A DNA stretch of 63,319 bases, filler included, from Octopus bimaculoides (lineage: Eukaryota): NCBI RefSeq assembly GCF_001194135.2. It is 7 parts of 7 records of this genome, joined end to end, with 100 filler letters (N's around TTAATTAATTAA, not from the genome) between each part and the next. Parts side by side here need not be neighbours in the genome. Positions count along the whole stretch, not along the records: positions 17,792 to 37,543 come from NC_068996.1; positions 37,644 to 49,132 come from NC_068994.1; 5 more parts are not named here. The stretch is one strand, 5' to 3'. The notes beneath the pieces are model-generated. The model worked only from the letters and a program-made list of their open reading frames with translations, made no database searches and was not told the origin of the DNA. The stretch's first letter is position 1. Each line of letters begins with the position of its first letter. Made by a program: the position numbers and the translations under genes. Shown here one piece after another: positions 25,721 through 39,205 of the stretch.

Positions 25721-26521
25721 GTAAGTGAACTTCCTAGTTTAACAACAAATCGAATATTCACCAGCGTATGGTTGCCCAACGATTTTGAAGATTTTGTACA
25801 GTAACGTATTGCCTAATGTTATAGCTGTAACTCGGCTAAAATAACTGAATGAACGACGACGTTACGACACAATCAAAATCCTTTAAACAAACATTGCATC
25901 CATAAAATTCATTCCTTTGTTATTATTATAGTGAGTGTGTGTATGTATGAGTATGTATATGTTTGTGTGTGTGTAACTAAGATGCCGATAAGCCATAGGT
26001 AAAACATTTACACATACACACATACATATTTGAATATATGTATATATATATATATATATNNNNNNNNNNNNNNNNNNNNNNNNNNNNNNNNNNNNNNNNN
26101 NNNNNNNNNNNNNNNNNNNNNNNNNNNNNNNNNNNNNNNNNNNNNNNNNNNNNNNNNNNNNNNNNNNNNNNNNNNNNNNNNNNNNNNNNNNNNNNNNNNN
26201 NNNNNNNNNNNNNNNNNNNNNNNNNNNNNNNNNNNNNNNNNNNNNNNNNNNNNNNNNNNNNNNNNNNNNNNNNNNNNNNNNNNNNNNNNNNNNNNNNNNN
26301 NNNNNNNNNNNNNNNNNNNNNNNNNNNNNNNNNNNNNNNNNNNNNNNNNNNNNNNNNNNNNNNNNNNNNNNNNNNNNNNNNNNNNNNNNNNNNNNNNNNN
26401 NNNNNNNNNNNNNNNNNNNNNNNNNNNNNNNNNNNNNNNNNNNNNNNNNNNNNNNNNNNNNNNNNNNNNNNNNNNNNNNNNNNNNNNNNNNNNNNNNNNN
26501 NNNNNNNNNNNNNNNNNNNNN

Positions 26522-26753
26522 GTGTTATTTCTTTACTACCCACAAGGGGCTACACACAGAGGGGACAAACAAGGACAAACAAACGGATTAAGTCGATTAT
26601 AACGACCCCAGTGCGTAACTGGTACTTATTTAATCGACCTCGAAAGGATGAAAGGCAAAGTCGACCTCGGCGGAATTTGAACTCAGAACGTAGCGGCAGA
26701 CGAAATACCGCTAGGCATTTCGCCCGGCGTGCTTACGTTTCTGCCAGCTCACC
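26522..26753 (-). mobile_element. SINE family A, full length
   Basis: Reverse complement of the 18187-18423 type. Confidence 0.9.
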
Positions 26754-26755
26754 GT

Positions 26756-26958
26756 GTGTGAGTATTTGTCCCCCATCATCGTTTGACAACCGATGCTGGT
26801 GTGTTTACGTCCCTGTAACTCAGTGGTTCGGCAAAAATGACCGATAGAATAAGTACTAGGCTTACACAGAATAAGTTCTAGGGTCAATTTTTTTCGACTA
26901 AAGACCGTGCTCCAGCATGGGCGCAGTTAAATGACTGAAACAAAAAAGTAAAAGAATA
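26756..26958 (+). mobile_element. SINE family B, 3' half
   Basis: TTTGACAACCGATGCTGGTGTGTTTACGTCCC...CTCCAGCATGG..ATGACTGAAAC. Confidence 0.85.
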
Positions 26959-28673
26959 CGTATACATACATACATACATACATACATACATGCACACGCA
27001 TANNNNNNNNNNNNNNNNNNNNNNNNNNNNNNNNNNNNNNNNNNNNNNNNNNNNNNNNNNNNNNNNNNNNNNNATATATATAGTTAAAACTTATACAGAC
27101 ACACATATACACACATATGCGTGTGAATATGTGTGTGTGTGTTTGTGCAGCATTACACACCCTTATGCCACAAATACAAGATTGTAGAAATACAAACTTT
27201 TCTTTACATACGCATACGGAGATGCACACACGAACACAAACACACAGAGACATAACAAATACGAGCGCGCAAACAGACACCCGCAACATATTATTAAAAC
27301 ACATGCTCAAACACGCGCGTAAATGAATCCGCACCATCAGCAAACTTTTTCAGATGAGGCGTTCCTGCTCGCTATAACCAGGTGAGAAGGTTACGAACAT
27401 ATTATTCGGTGTTACTAATACTCATAGTATTCGACATCGTTGCTGATTCCGTTAAGCTGATTCTAATCCGAAGGTTATAATGGACACAGGTTCGTGTGTC
27501 ACATAGCTAGCTAGAAACGATGGCCTATTGGAGCTAATCAACGGCAGCATTCGTCCTATTTTTGGACTGCCATGTTGGCTTGGCGATAACTATTAATATC
27601 CAGTACCGCCGTAGTCTCCTTTAGAGAGACTTAGAAATATTAATATCTCTATTTCTGAAAACCAGTGGATGTATTCCACTGAAATTAGGTAAATAATCCT
27701 TCGTACAGACGGTCAGTAGCGACGCCTGCTGGGTTCGGCTGCTCTACATTGATAAGGGGCAAATACTCTGAAACTAGTCTGTAGATGCCAGACCAGCAAG
27801 GAGAAGCGCCTGACCTCCCCTGTTCGNNNNNNNNNNNNNNNNNNNNNNNNNNNNNNNNNNNNNNNNNNNNNNNNNNNNNNNNNNNNNNNNNNNNNNNNNN
27901 NNNNNNNNNNNNNNNNNNNNNNNNNNNNNNNNNNNNNNNNNNNNNNNNNNNNNNNNNNNNNNNNNNNNNNNNNNNNNNNNNNNNNNNNNNNNNNNNNNNN
28001 NNNNNNNNNNNNNNNNNNNNNNNNNNNNNNNNNNNNNNNNNNNNNNNNNNNNNNNNNNNNNNNNNNNNNNNNNNNNNNNNNNNNNNNNNNNNNNNNNNNN
28101 NNNNNNNNNNNNNNNNNNNNNNNNNNNNNNNNNNNNNNNNNNNNNNNNNNNNNNNNNNNNNNNNNNNNNNNNNNNNNNNNNNNNNNNNNNNNNNNNNNNN
28201 NNNNNNNNNNNNNNNNNNNNNNNNNNNNNNNNNNNNNNNNNNNNNNNNNNNNNNNNNNNNNNNNNNNNNNNNNNNNNNNNNNNNNNNNNNNNNNNNNNNN
28301 NNNNNNNNNNNNNNNNNNNNNNNNNNNNNNNNNNNATATATATATTGTGTATATACATATATAAAACACACACACACATAGAGAGAGAGAGAGAGAGAGA
28401 AAGATAGATAGACAGATAAATACATAGATACATAAATAGACAGACACCATATAGATAGATAATATATAGGTATATAAATAGATAGATAGATAGATAGAGT
28501 GATGGATATATAAATACATACATACGCATACGTATTTGCATATATCTTTATAACTATATATACACACATGCATGTATTTATATTGATATATGTACATAAG
28601 TACATGAGTGTGTGTGCGTGTGTGTGTGTGTGTGTGTGCATGTGTATATGTGTCTATGCGCGCGCACGTGTCG

Positions 28674-28716
<43 letters not shown>

Positions 28717-28820
28717 CATTATCACTATTCTATGCCATGCTCTTTGTAGTGAAATATAAGAAATGGTATTTTTGAGTTCCACCCCTAAATTCTATATCCC
28801 TCTTGGCGTAAATTGAGTGT

Positions 28821-28880
<60 letters not shown>

Positions 28881-28881
28881 G

Positions 28882-28920
<39 letters not shown>

Positions 28921-28943
28921 CTATGTATATTTATTTATATATG

Positions 28944-28976
<33 letters not shown>

Positions 28977-29789
28977 TCATTTATATATGTACACACGTAT
29001 ATATATATATGCATGTATATTATACATATGCTTATATGGATATATACATCAACACATGCATATATAAATAGATATAAGCATACACACACGCATACACACA
29101 CACACACACATATATATAAATATATATGTATGTATTTATATATGAATATATGTCTGTTTATCTGTCTATCTGTGTCTGTATGTACGTATATATGGGTACA
29201 CACACGCACACGTTTTTACAAAATATAATACAGTTTCATGATGCGAATTCCTTGAGGGGAATTATAAAAATTCCATTTTAAAAAACAATGTTTTCTTTAA
29301 AACGAAGCATAAAGTAAAGCAACCCCGTCCCTAGAAGAAAAAAAAAATATAGAAGCAAAAAAATAAGAAGAAAGAAATAACAGTTGTCACAAACTTGTTA
29401 CTGTTTTCCTTATGTCTTTTGATATCACGCGCAAGGAATTTTGGAAGCAATCTATTGTAATTCATCCCATTACACTCTTCCAAACCAACGCCCTAAACAT
29501 GACTTTCAGGACATAAACCCTTCCGAAACTATCCTCACACACACAACATTGCGAATTAGGGAATATATGAAATTAACTATAAATCAAAAATAAAGGAAGA
29601 ATTCTTGAAAATATCTAGCGGATGGAAATGTATTCGTTAATGAAAGACGCTAAAATGGCGTGGTTCTAATATACAGTAATATATTCATCATATTTAAGCG
29701 ATGAAATCAGCACACGAATACACACGCATACACTCGCATGTAGGTTAGGAATATCATTACAAGAATAGATCCAAAGTTAGATAATCTGA

Positions 29790-30080
29790 AAGAGAACGAA
29801 GTGAATGATGTGATTCGCAGAAAACTGAAAGCACACGTTTTGTGGGGCCGAGTATATCACAAGGTTCACAGACCACCAAGTGGATCCGTATAGTTGCCGA
29901 GTGGTATCCAAGCGATCGGAAAAGGCCGTTGTGAAGGCTTCCACGACGATGGAAAGACGATTTAGTCAAACGATTTAAGTCAAGATGGAAAAGAATGACA
30001 CAATCAAGAATTCGAAGCGCATTGTGACCAGCGATGTATAATGACATCTGATAGTCTCATCGGTACAGGTGATACAGTAA
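29790..30080 (+). pseudogene. RTE-clade LINE 3' end (ORF C-terminus plus short 3' UTR)
   Basis: From 29878 reads KWIRIVAEWYPSDRKRPL*RLPRRWKDDLVKRFKSRWKRMTQSR, matching the RW..V.EW.P...KRP.GRP..RW.DD C-terminal signature of RTE ORFs; in-frame stop. Confidence 0.75.
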
Positions 30081-31178
30081 TTATATATCAACTATATATA
30101 CGTATACACATATATACATACATGTTTGTATATGAGTATGTGTGTGTGAGAGAGCGCGCGCATGTGAGTGTGCGTATGAGACCATATTCGTGGGTAAATT
30201 TTTCAAATTGAATAAAGGATCCAATTATATTTATTGCAAATTAAATTGTTTATTATTGACTTAAGTTCAACGATGCAGAAAATTATATCATTCTACATGC
30301 ATGGAAATTCATCTGAGCACTACGCCTAAACAATTTAGATCAGAAGGCTCCCTAACATTTCGTTAGACGTTACTATAGTACGCAAATATTATGATAAACC
30401 CAATAATATAATAGGCCTATTTCTCTTGACTAAATCAAATTCTAATTTTTTGGGGGTCTGGGGATGTCTTTTCAGAGGCTACCCTAATCTTATATGAAGA
30501 ATTCTCAACCCTGAGAAAACTAGGATCGCTTAGAAATTTTTCATCTCTCTTTTGTTTGTTGTTTCCTTTTAACATGACTACAGCTCCAAACTATTGCGTA
30601 GTCAAATGTTAAATATTTTTTTAGGACTTAAAAATTCATCTAAGTTGTTCCTTTTATATCCAATGCAAAAAAAAAAAAAAATCTATTGAAACGCTATGTT
30701 TTATACGGAAGTATATCAATCAATGAACCTGTTAGTCAAAAGCATTTAAGTGAGTTTGTTAAATCTTATTGAAAATGAGCAAGTTTTGAATCACTACTAT
30801 AATATTTTAATAATGCTTTTATATCTTCAGTCCTTCGAAACAAAAGCAATAAGTAGACAATAACAACTAATACCGCGCACTCAGGAGAGAGAATGAAGCT
30901 TGCAATATGGTTTAATCTACCTTGGAATCTAACTGATGCCACAACTATAGGTGATATATATATATATTCCTAGAATATGTCTTAGGGCTCATGATATAGT
31001 CGGGTACAGTTAATTGTATACGTAACCTGAATATCTATCTGCCTGTAGTTCGGTACCCGCGTATGTATTCCTCTGTTTTTGTTGTGTATACACACATTTT
31101 ATTTTGCTACTCGACCTGGTGCCATGCCATTTAAAGTACCTGATTCACTCGAATCCACATCTAATATTACGCGCGCGC

Positions 31179-31221
<43 letters not shown>

Positions 31222-31281
31222 TACACAAATGATAAGGGTGGCTTGTTGGCAATTTTTCAACCGAAAGGCAAAAAATATATA

Positions 31282-31400
31282 CGTCACTAAAGTGACTGAG
31301 GACGATTCAGCACCAATATTGGTAGAAAAAAAGAGGGTTGTTTTGATTGTTATTTCTAGCAATACTGGTGCTGAATAACGGCCTCAGTCGCTTTAGTGAC

Positions 31401-31401
<1 letters not shown>
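31282..31401. mobile_element. 120-bp MITE / fold-back element with ~48-bp terminal inverted repeats, flanked by TA
   Basis: 31282-31328 (CGTCACTAAAGTGACTGAGGACGATTCAGCACCAATATTGGTAGAAA) is the near-perfect reverse complement of 31353-31401; TA on both sides. Confidence 0.75.
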
Positions 31402-31471
<70 letters not shown>

Positions 31472-31749
31472 TGTATGAATATACATGTATATAAGTAAAC
31501 ACTTGCGACCCACGAAATAAATGTAACAAATTCGCCTAAATTAGTATCAAAATATCATATTTCTACTTTACAAAAATTTATTATAGACAATTAATGTCTA
31601 ATCCATTATTCAGAACTCTGTACTTGGTACTTTACACAATACCCTTCTGTGCTGTTAGAAAGCACGTTCAATGTTTCACTTATTTAACAATTGCAAGAAA
31701 GTGCTAAATATACACCTAAATATTTTCCCAATTTGTCTTTTAAGAAACT

Positions 31750-31818
31750 CTAAATGTACCTTTTTTTCTACCTAAATGTACCTTTTTTTCTACCCTAAAT
31801 GTACCTTTTTTTTTCTAA
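31750..31818. repeat. ~22-bp tandem repeat, 3 copies (CTAAATGTACCTTTTTTTCTAC)
   Basis: Seen directly. Confidence 0.85.
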
Positions 31819-32636
31819 TACAATTGCTCTTCAATTCACCAGAATGTCCTCTAATGCAACTCTTAAACAGAGTACAAACAGTCCATTCGAACTAATAAAT
31901 TTTGTTTAACTCCAAAATAACCAAAGAGTATTTCAAATCTAGTCCACATAGTATTGTAAATGATAATGTTTCCGTTTCTTTGTTCGCTTAGTCACAACGT
32001 TTTTCATAAATATAACGCAACCCATCTTCGCATAAAAAACAGATAATTTTAAATCAAGTATNNNNNNNNNNNNNNNNNNNNNNNNNNNNNNNNNNNNNNN
32101 NNNNNNNNNNNNNNNNNNNNNNNNNNNNNNNNNNNNNNNNNNNNNNNNNNNNNNNNNNNNNNNNNNNNNNNNNNNNNNNNNNNNNNNNNNNNNNNNNNNN
32201 NNNNNNNNNNNNNNNNNNNNNNNNNNNNNNNNNNNNNNNNNNNNNNNNNNNNNNNNNNNNNNNNNNNNNNNNNNNNNNNNNNNNNNNNNNNNNNNNNNNN
32301 NNNNNNNNNNNNNNNNNNNNNNNNNNNNNNNNNNNNNNNNNNNNNNNNNNNNNNNNNNNNNNNNNNNNNNNNNNNNNNNNNNNNNNNNNNNNNNNNNNNN
32401 NNNNNNNNNNNNNNNNNNNNNNNNNNNNNNNNNNNNNNNNNNNNNNNNNNNNNNNNNNNNNNNNNNNNNNNNNNNNNNNNNNNNNNNNNNNNNNNNNNNN
32501 NNNNNNNNNNNNNNNNNNNNNNNNNNNNNNNNNNNNNNNNNNNNNNNNNNNNNNNNNNNNNNNNNNNNNNNNNNNNNNNNNNNNNNNNNNNNNNNNNNNN
32601 NNNNNNNNNNNNNNNNNNNNNNNNNNNNNNNNNNNN

Positions 32637-32704
<68 letters not shown>

Positions 32705-32867
32705 CATATGTATGCATGTATGTATTATGTATGTATGTATACGTACATACATACATATACATACATATGTATATATATACATATGTATGTATGCATGTAT
32801 GTACGTATGTCATTATTCAGTTTTATTTCAATGTATGTATGTATATATGTAAATATATACATACATG

Positions 32868-32924
<57 letters not shown>

Positions 32925-33180
32925 GCATATAAGCACACACACACACACATGTATATATATGTATGTATATATATATATATACACACACATATATATACAT
33001 ACATACATACATACACACACAGAAACATATTTATAAATGTATCTATGATGGGCGTACCCAGTTTCCGCCCACTAAATCTACTAAATTATTCGTCATCTCA
33101 ATACTGCTGTAAAAGACGAGTGCTGAAGGTGTCCCTCCACCTGCTTTCGAAACGAAATGTCTATGACACACGCACGCGCG

Positions 33181-33256
<76 letters not shown>

Positions 33257-33591
33257 AAATGAGGAAACACCATGAGAAATAAATTCTGAGTGTCCACTGG
33301 CGTGCATTTGAGTGAGAAAAACGAATAAAGAAGATATATCAAATAATAAAAATAACGTAAGATAAATTCGTGATTAATTAAATATTTTTTTCCTTTTTCC
33401 AGAAAAAGTTGAAAAATCACTTTGTGGCAATTGGGATCAATACGAAATGAGAAGAGAAGATTGTTTCAATAACCAAGCATCAAGTATGATCTAAAATCGA
33501 TATATTGATTGACTGGATAGAAGTGTAAGGCAGCAGACACGTTTCTGCCTCATTACTGTTACCTATTATTACTGGTGGCCCACGGAGGGGG

Positions 33592-33880
33592 AAATGCTTA
33601 GCGGCTTTTCATCCGTCTTTACGTTCTGAGTTCAAATACCGCCAACGTCGACTTTGCCTTTCATCCTTTCGGAGTCGATAAAATAAGTCCAAGTTGAGCT
33701 CTGGGATCGATGTAATCAACGAGCCCTTTCCCCCAAAACTCCAGAGTTTCTGCCTTTAGAAGAAAGGATTACTAAGGCGGAGTGAGCACGTTGGGTTAAA
33801 CGCTTAGCGGCATTTATCCTTTCGGGGATGTAAGTACCAGTCGGACACTGGGGTCGATCTAATAGATTTATCACTTCTAC
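33592..33880 (+). mobile_element. two tandem, truncated family A SINEs
   Basis: Core GTCGACTTTGCCTTTCATCCTTTCGGAGTCGATAAAATAAGT, followed by a second head and core. Confidence 0.75.
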
Positions 33881-34300
33881 CGAACCTGCTGTACCAAAAT
33901 TTGGTATCAGTATACTTATGCATATGTATGCATCTATGTTTGAATGTACATGTGTGTAAATGCTATAACACTTGACTAACTGAAATATATTCAAACTCAT
34001 CCAGAATTAAGGAGTAGTTTCAATACTTCTTTTTCTTATCAAAATAAATTCGCCACAAGGACATTATTTATGTATATATATATATATATATAAAGAAAAA
34101 AAAGCAAAGATGAAAAGAGCTGTCATACATAACGGAAGTAATATAATGAAATAAACATACTATAGTCACACAGATAAACATACATCACCACATAGAACCA
34201 CAAGTGCTAAACGAAAAGAGATATGCTGAGCAAGTACAGAATAAATATACAGACTGATAATATGAGTGTACACACAGACATGTGTGTGTGCGCGTGTGCA

Positions 34301-34346
<46 letters not shown>

Positions 34347-34414
34347 NNNNNNNNNNNNNNNNNNNNNNNNNNNNNNNNNNNNNNNNNNNNNNNNNNNNNN
34401 NNNNNNTATATATA

Positions 34415-34450
<36 letters not shown>

Positions 34451-34857
34451 TGTGTATGAGTATGTACCATGCGTGTACCTCTGTGTATATTATATATACA
34501 GGTGTAACTGATGTACGTATCAAGGTATATACAAGTGAAACCATATTATGAATATGTGTGTGTGTGAATGTATTATGTGTATGCGTGAGTGTATTTTCTA
34601 CATAGGTGTGTGTGTGTGTGTGTGTGTTCGTGTGTTAAGAAGCACATTGGTAAAATATCAAACTAGTAAGGAATTGTCAATATATAGCGCAAATATCTAA
34701 GTTCCATGAATAAATACCTACATGTGTGTGTATATACAGATATGTATGTGTGTGTGTATATTTACACACACATACACACACACACATACATACATATATA
34801 GAGAGAGATGAATAGATAGATAAATAGATAGATAAATAGATATAGATATAGGTGTGG

Positions 34858-34934
<77 letters not shown>

Positions 34935-35338
34935 NNNNNNNNNNNNNNNNNNNNNNNNNNNNNNNNNNNNNNNNNNNNNNNNNNNNNNNNNNNNNNNNNN
35001 NNNNNNNNNNNNNNNNNNNNNNNNNNNNNNNNNNNNNNNNNNNNNNNNNNNNNNNNNNNNNNNNNNNNNNNNNNNNNNNNNNNNNNNNNNNNNNNNNNNN
35101 NNNNNNNNNNNNNNNNNNNNNNNNNNNNNNNNNNNNNNNNNNNNNNNNNNNNNNNNNNNNNNNNNNNNNNNNNNNNNNNNNNNNNNNNNNNNNNNNNNNN
35201 NNNNNNNNNNNNNNNNNNNNNNNNNNNNNNNNNNNNNNNNNNNNNNNNNNNNNNNNNNNNNNNNNNNNNNNNNNNNNNNNNNNNNNNNNNNNNNNNNNNN
35301 NNNNNNNTGTGTAAATTTTGTTTTGTTTTATTTCTTTT

Positions 35339-35746
35339 TGTACGTGTAATATTGGCAGGTGCGTATACGCGCATGTATCTATAATAGTGTATATATTATA
35401 TATTATAATTTGTACGTATATGCATGTGTGTTTGTATGTGTGTGTGTATGTGCGTGTGTGTGTGTATGTGTGTGTGTGTGTGTGTGTGTAAATGTATGTA
35501 TACACACACAATATGGCGTATGAGCGTGTATTTGTGTGTAAACCTTTCTGGTAAGGTCATTTATAAATCTGTGTGCTTCAATATACGTATATATTTGTAA
35601 GTATGTATGTATGTATGTATGCATGTATGTATGTATGTATGTATGTATGTATGCTTGTTAGTATTTGTGTATGTATGTGTGCATGTATATATGTATGTGT
35701 GTATGTATGTACGTATGTATATATATATATATACATATATGTATGC

Positions 35747-35786
<40 letters not shown>

Positions 35787-35800
35787 ATGTATATGTATGT

Positions 35801-35837
<37 letters not shown>

Positions 35838-35910
35838 CACACAAATAAATACATACAAATATGTGTGCGTATATATGTGTATGTGCGTGTGTATACGTGT
35901 GTATGTGCGT

Positions 35911-35944
<34 letters not shown>

Positions 35945-36589
35945 ATATGTATGTATATATATATTTATATGTCGAAAAATTGACTTGAATATGGTAAGGA
36001 TATTTATTTACCGCTAATAATTTTTGCAGCACCACTTTCATATAATTTCCTCACTAAATATCCCCGTTTTCCTTTCTTTTTGATTTAGTTTATTATTATT
36101 ATTATTATTATTATATTTTTTCTTTCATTTTTCGGCGTAGAAGTGATTAACCTCCCTTCCTTCCTTCCTTTCTTTCATTCTTTCTCTCTTTCTTTATTTT
36201 CCATTTCTTTTTTTTGTTTTTTTTTTTGTTCCACTGATGTTATTTTTTCTTTGTATTTATCTAAGAACTTAACACTGCCACGGCAACATCAGAATCATTA
36301 CACGCACTCAATGAAGCAAAGGGGCAAAGAAGGAATCTCTGCGAGCGTACCCAGCCTGTCAACGATACCAGTGACATCTAACCCCGAATAGTGCACCACA
36401 CATCTCATTGCATTTGGCGGTTTATTAGGCGCAATTGGTCTTATATACACAAGGTTGTGATGTAGATTAGTCGCAAGTGATGGTTCAAAACTGGGCTTGT
36501 ACAAATAAAAGTTCGACATACACGCGCGCGCCTCCACCTGCCGTACACGCACACAGGCACACGCGCACACATACCCCCCTATACATACA

Positions 36590-36622
<33 letters not shown>

Positions 36623-36881
36623 GCATTTATGAATCTAAGTGTTTATGTATGCGCGAGTATAAATACACACACACATACATACATGCATGCATGTATGTAT
36701 GTACGTACACAGATACACATACGCCATATTGTGTGTGTATACATACATGTATGCATACACACACATACAAACATACACACGTGCATACACACACATACAT
36801 ATGCGTACAAATTATAATATATAATATATACACTATTATAGATACATGCGTGTATACACACCTGCCAACATTACACGTACA
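35339..36881. repeat. long inverted repeat (~180-195-bp arms, ~1.17-kb spacer)
   Basis: 35339-~35535 and ~36706-36881 are reverse complements, including non-microsatellite anchors (TACGTGTAAT.TTGGCAGGTG, ATCTATAATAGTGTATATATTATATATTATAATTTGTACG, ACACACAATATGGCGTATG). Confidence 0.85.
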
Positions 36882-37039
36882 TACATACTTACATACATGT
36901 ATATATGTATTTATCTGTGTGCGTCTGTGTGCGTGCAGTATGTGTGTGTTTGTGTGTGTGTGTATGTGTGTGTGTGTGTGTGTATTCATAAAATGGCTTA
37001 GTGGCAAGTCGTTAGAGCGTCGAATATAACGAATGCGTG

Positions 37040-37275
37040 CTGTTTAGTGGTTCGGGTATTCGGCTTATATCGTGAGGTCGTGAGTTCGACTCCCGGTAGC
37101 GCTCTGTGTCCTTGAGCAAGACACTTTATTTTACGTTGTTCCAGTCGACTCAACTGGCGAAAATGAGCAAAACCTTTACTTCAGGGAGCCAGCCTAATCA
37201 CACTCTGTGTGTCACACTCTGTGTCACACTCTGTGTCACACTGAATCTCCCTGAGAACTACGTTAAGAGCACTCG
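37040..37275 (+). mobile_element. tRNA-derived CORE-type SINE, family C
   Basis: B-box GAGTTCGACTCC; CORE-like TGTGTCCTTGAGCAAGACACTTTA..CCAGTCGACTCAACTGG..AAAATGAG; tail shared with family D; CACACTCTGTGT repeated about 3 times. Confidence 0.75.
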
Positions 37276-37643
37276 TGTCTGACGAGTGCTCACTCATAGG
37301 CTGTTCTGTTGATCAGATTAGCAGGAATATTTAATCGTCGAATAGAATGTTTTGTGGTGGTATTTGTTCTGACCCTCCGTGCTCTAAGTTCAAATCTCAC
37401 CGGCATCCACCATTCACTCTTTCGTGCTCAAAAACTAAAAATGAAGGTTATCATTCGAAGACAGCAGTCCTGTGGAACAATTTAGAGTATCGAGTCAAAT
37501 GCATAAATTCCAGTTTATTCGGAAATTTGCCTTCTCATTTCAANNNNNNNNNNNNNNNNNNNNNNNNNNNNNNNNNNNNNNNNNNNNTTAATTAATTAAN
37601 NNNNNNNNNNNNNNNNNNNNNNNNNNNNNNNNNNNNNNNNNNN

Positions 37644-37678
<35 letters not shown>

Positions 37679-38047
37679 TATATAATGAAATAAATATTTA
37701 ATGTTTATCAGTAGATTTATCTTCTCAAATTGAGAACTTTTTTGAAAATATAATATTAAACTCATTTAATTTTTCTCATCTATATTTGCGTGATTTTCGG
37801 TGTGTGTTGTCTCTTTCGTCTAAAACATCCATCAACTGAGCTTAATGGAGTTACTTCCCTTCCCTTATCTGTAATACCATAAATACTTAACTGTATTTAC
37901 TAAACACAGTCTTCATCTAGCGTCACAAAAATACAAATAAAATACAATAATAAAATAAAATTAATTTCACATTTTATACTTTCAATAAGCCATCCTCGTT
38001 AGATGTTAAATCTACTGATAAACTTCGAATAAGTTTAAATATTTATT

Positions 38048-38090
<43 letters not shown>

Positions 38091-38092
38091 CA

Positions 38093-38290
38093 AAATGGGA
38101 CAAGAACACAAAACATCAAGACAGTTAGGTGATACACGAAAGGGACAAAGCATCCAGATAGCCGATACAAAGAAAACACGCACAGGTCATTCGGAGTTTT
38201 CTTTCTTCAATCGAGATCCAGATTATCCTTGCAATTTCGGCTGGTTATTCTCGATATTGCTCCAATCTGGCCAGCCCCAATGAAAAACTA
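38093..38290 (-). mobile_element. dispersed repeat of a family shared with 50234-50470 (possibly Penelope-derived)
   Basis: CTTCAATCGAGATCCAGATTATCCTTGCAATTTC aligns with CCTCAGTCAATGTCCAGAATGTCCAAGCAGTTTC at ~50380-50413; both follow an A-rich stretch. Confidence 0.4.
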
Positions 38291-38318
38291 TATATATATA
38301 TATATATATATATAAAGT

Positions 38319-38528
38319 GAAAGGGTGCTGTAAAGTTCCTGGTTTTGAGGGTGTCGCAAAAGGCCTGGTTGGAGGCCTAAACTTTCGATTTTTTTTTTTT
38401 ACAGGGTTAGAAAAACTGAAGGACCACTGCAATAAGTATATGAATTTGAGAGGAGAATATGTTGAATAAAATCATAATTAGCTGATCCTTCTGTATTTAC
38501 TTAGAGCCAGGAACTTTCCAGCATCCTT

Positions 38529-38530
<2 letters not shown>
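38319..38530 (+). mobile_element. mariner-derived MITE
   Basis: TIRs AAGGGTGCTGTAAAGTTCCTGG and CCAGGAACTTTCCAGCATCCTT in TA context. The interior encodes the mariner C-terminus TGLEKLKDHCNKYMNLRGEYVE* (38401-38469). Confidence 0.8.
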
Positions 38531-38559
<29 letters not shown>

Positions 38560-38699
38560 ATTGAATTACATCCAGCCTAAGACATATTCTGCTATTTAAT
38601 TCATCGATCATTTATTGAATGGTTGAGTTTAACATATTTTCTTACTTACTTCCCCTTTGTGACATAAAGACTTTAAATATACACACTCATTTACACGGT

Positions 38700-39002
38700 A
38701 ATGAGGCTTACAATCTTGAGGTAGTGAGTTCGATTCCCAGAGCGGGCTCTGTGTTGTGTTCTTGAACAAGACACTTTATTTCACGTTGCTTCAGTTCCCT
38801 CGGCTATAGAAATGAGCTGCGACGTCACTGGTACCAAACTGTATCGGCCTTTTCCTTGGATAACATCGGTGGCGTGGAGAGGGGAAGCTGGTATACATGG
38901 GCGACTGCTGGTCTTCCATAAACAAGCTTGCCCGGATTTCTGCCTCGGAGGGTAACTTTCTAGGTGCAATCCTATGCGTATTCATGACCGAAAGGGATCT
39001 TT
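38700..39002 (+). mobile_element. tRNA-derived CORE-type SINE, family E
   Basis: B-box GAGTTCGATTCCC, CORE-like TGTGTTCTTGAACAAGACACTTTATTTCACGTTGC, and a 3' body different from families C and F. Confidence 0.65.
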
Positions 39003-39004
39003 TG

Positions 39005-39040
<36 letters not shown>

Positions 39041-39074
39041 TACATGCACAGAGAGAGGGGGAGAGATACATATA

Positions 39075-39205
39075 CGTCGGACTTCCACTCAGTTTTCGTC
39101 GTCTAGCAAATTTGCTCACAAGGGATTAGTCGTATCGTCGACCTGATGCTACAGCAGAAAATACTGCGCTGTGGGACTGAACCCGAAACCACGTAGTTGC
39201 GAATG
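39075..39205 (-). mobile_element. SINE family B, 5' part (diverged)
   Basis: GTGGGACTGAACCCGAAACCACG is the reverse complement of the family B head. Confidence 0.6.

Noticed and set aside
27340-27826. Unique CpG-retaining segment tried as an LTR-retrotransposon integrase or LINE endonuclease remnant
   Set aside because: The frames examined contain stops and give no convincing motif, so it is left unassigned.
25977-28714. Long ORFs containing runs of X (also at 32, 35, 42 and 53 kb)
   Set aside because: They are open only because they read through N-gaps.
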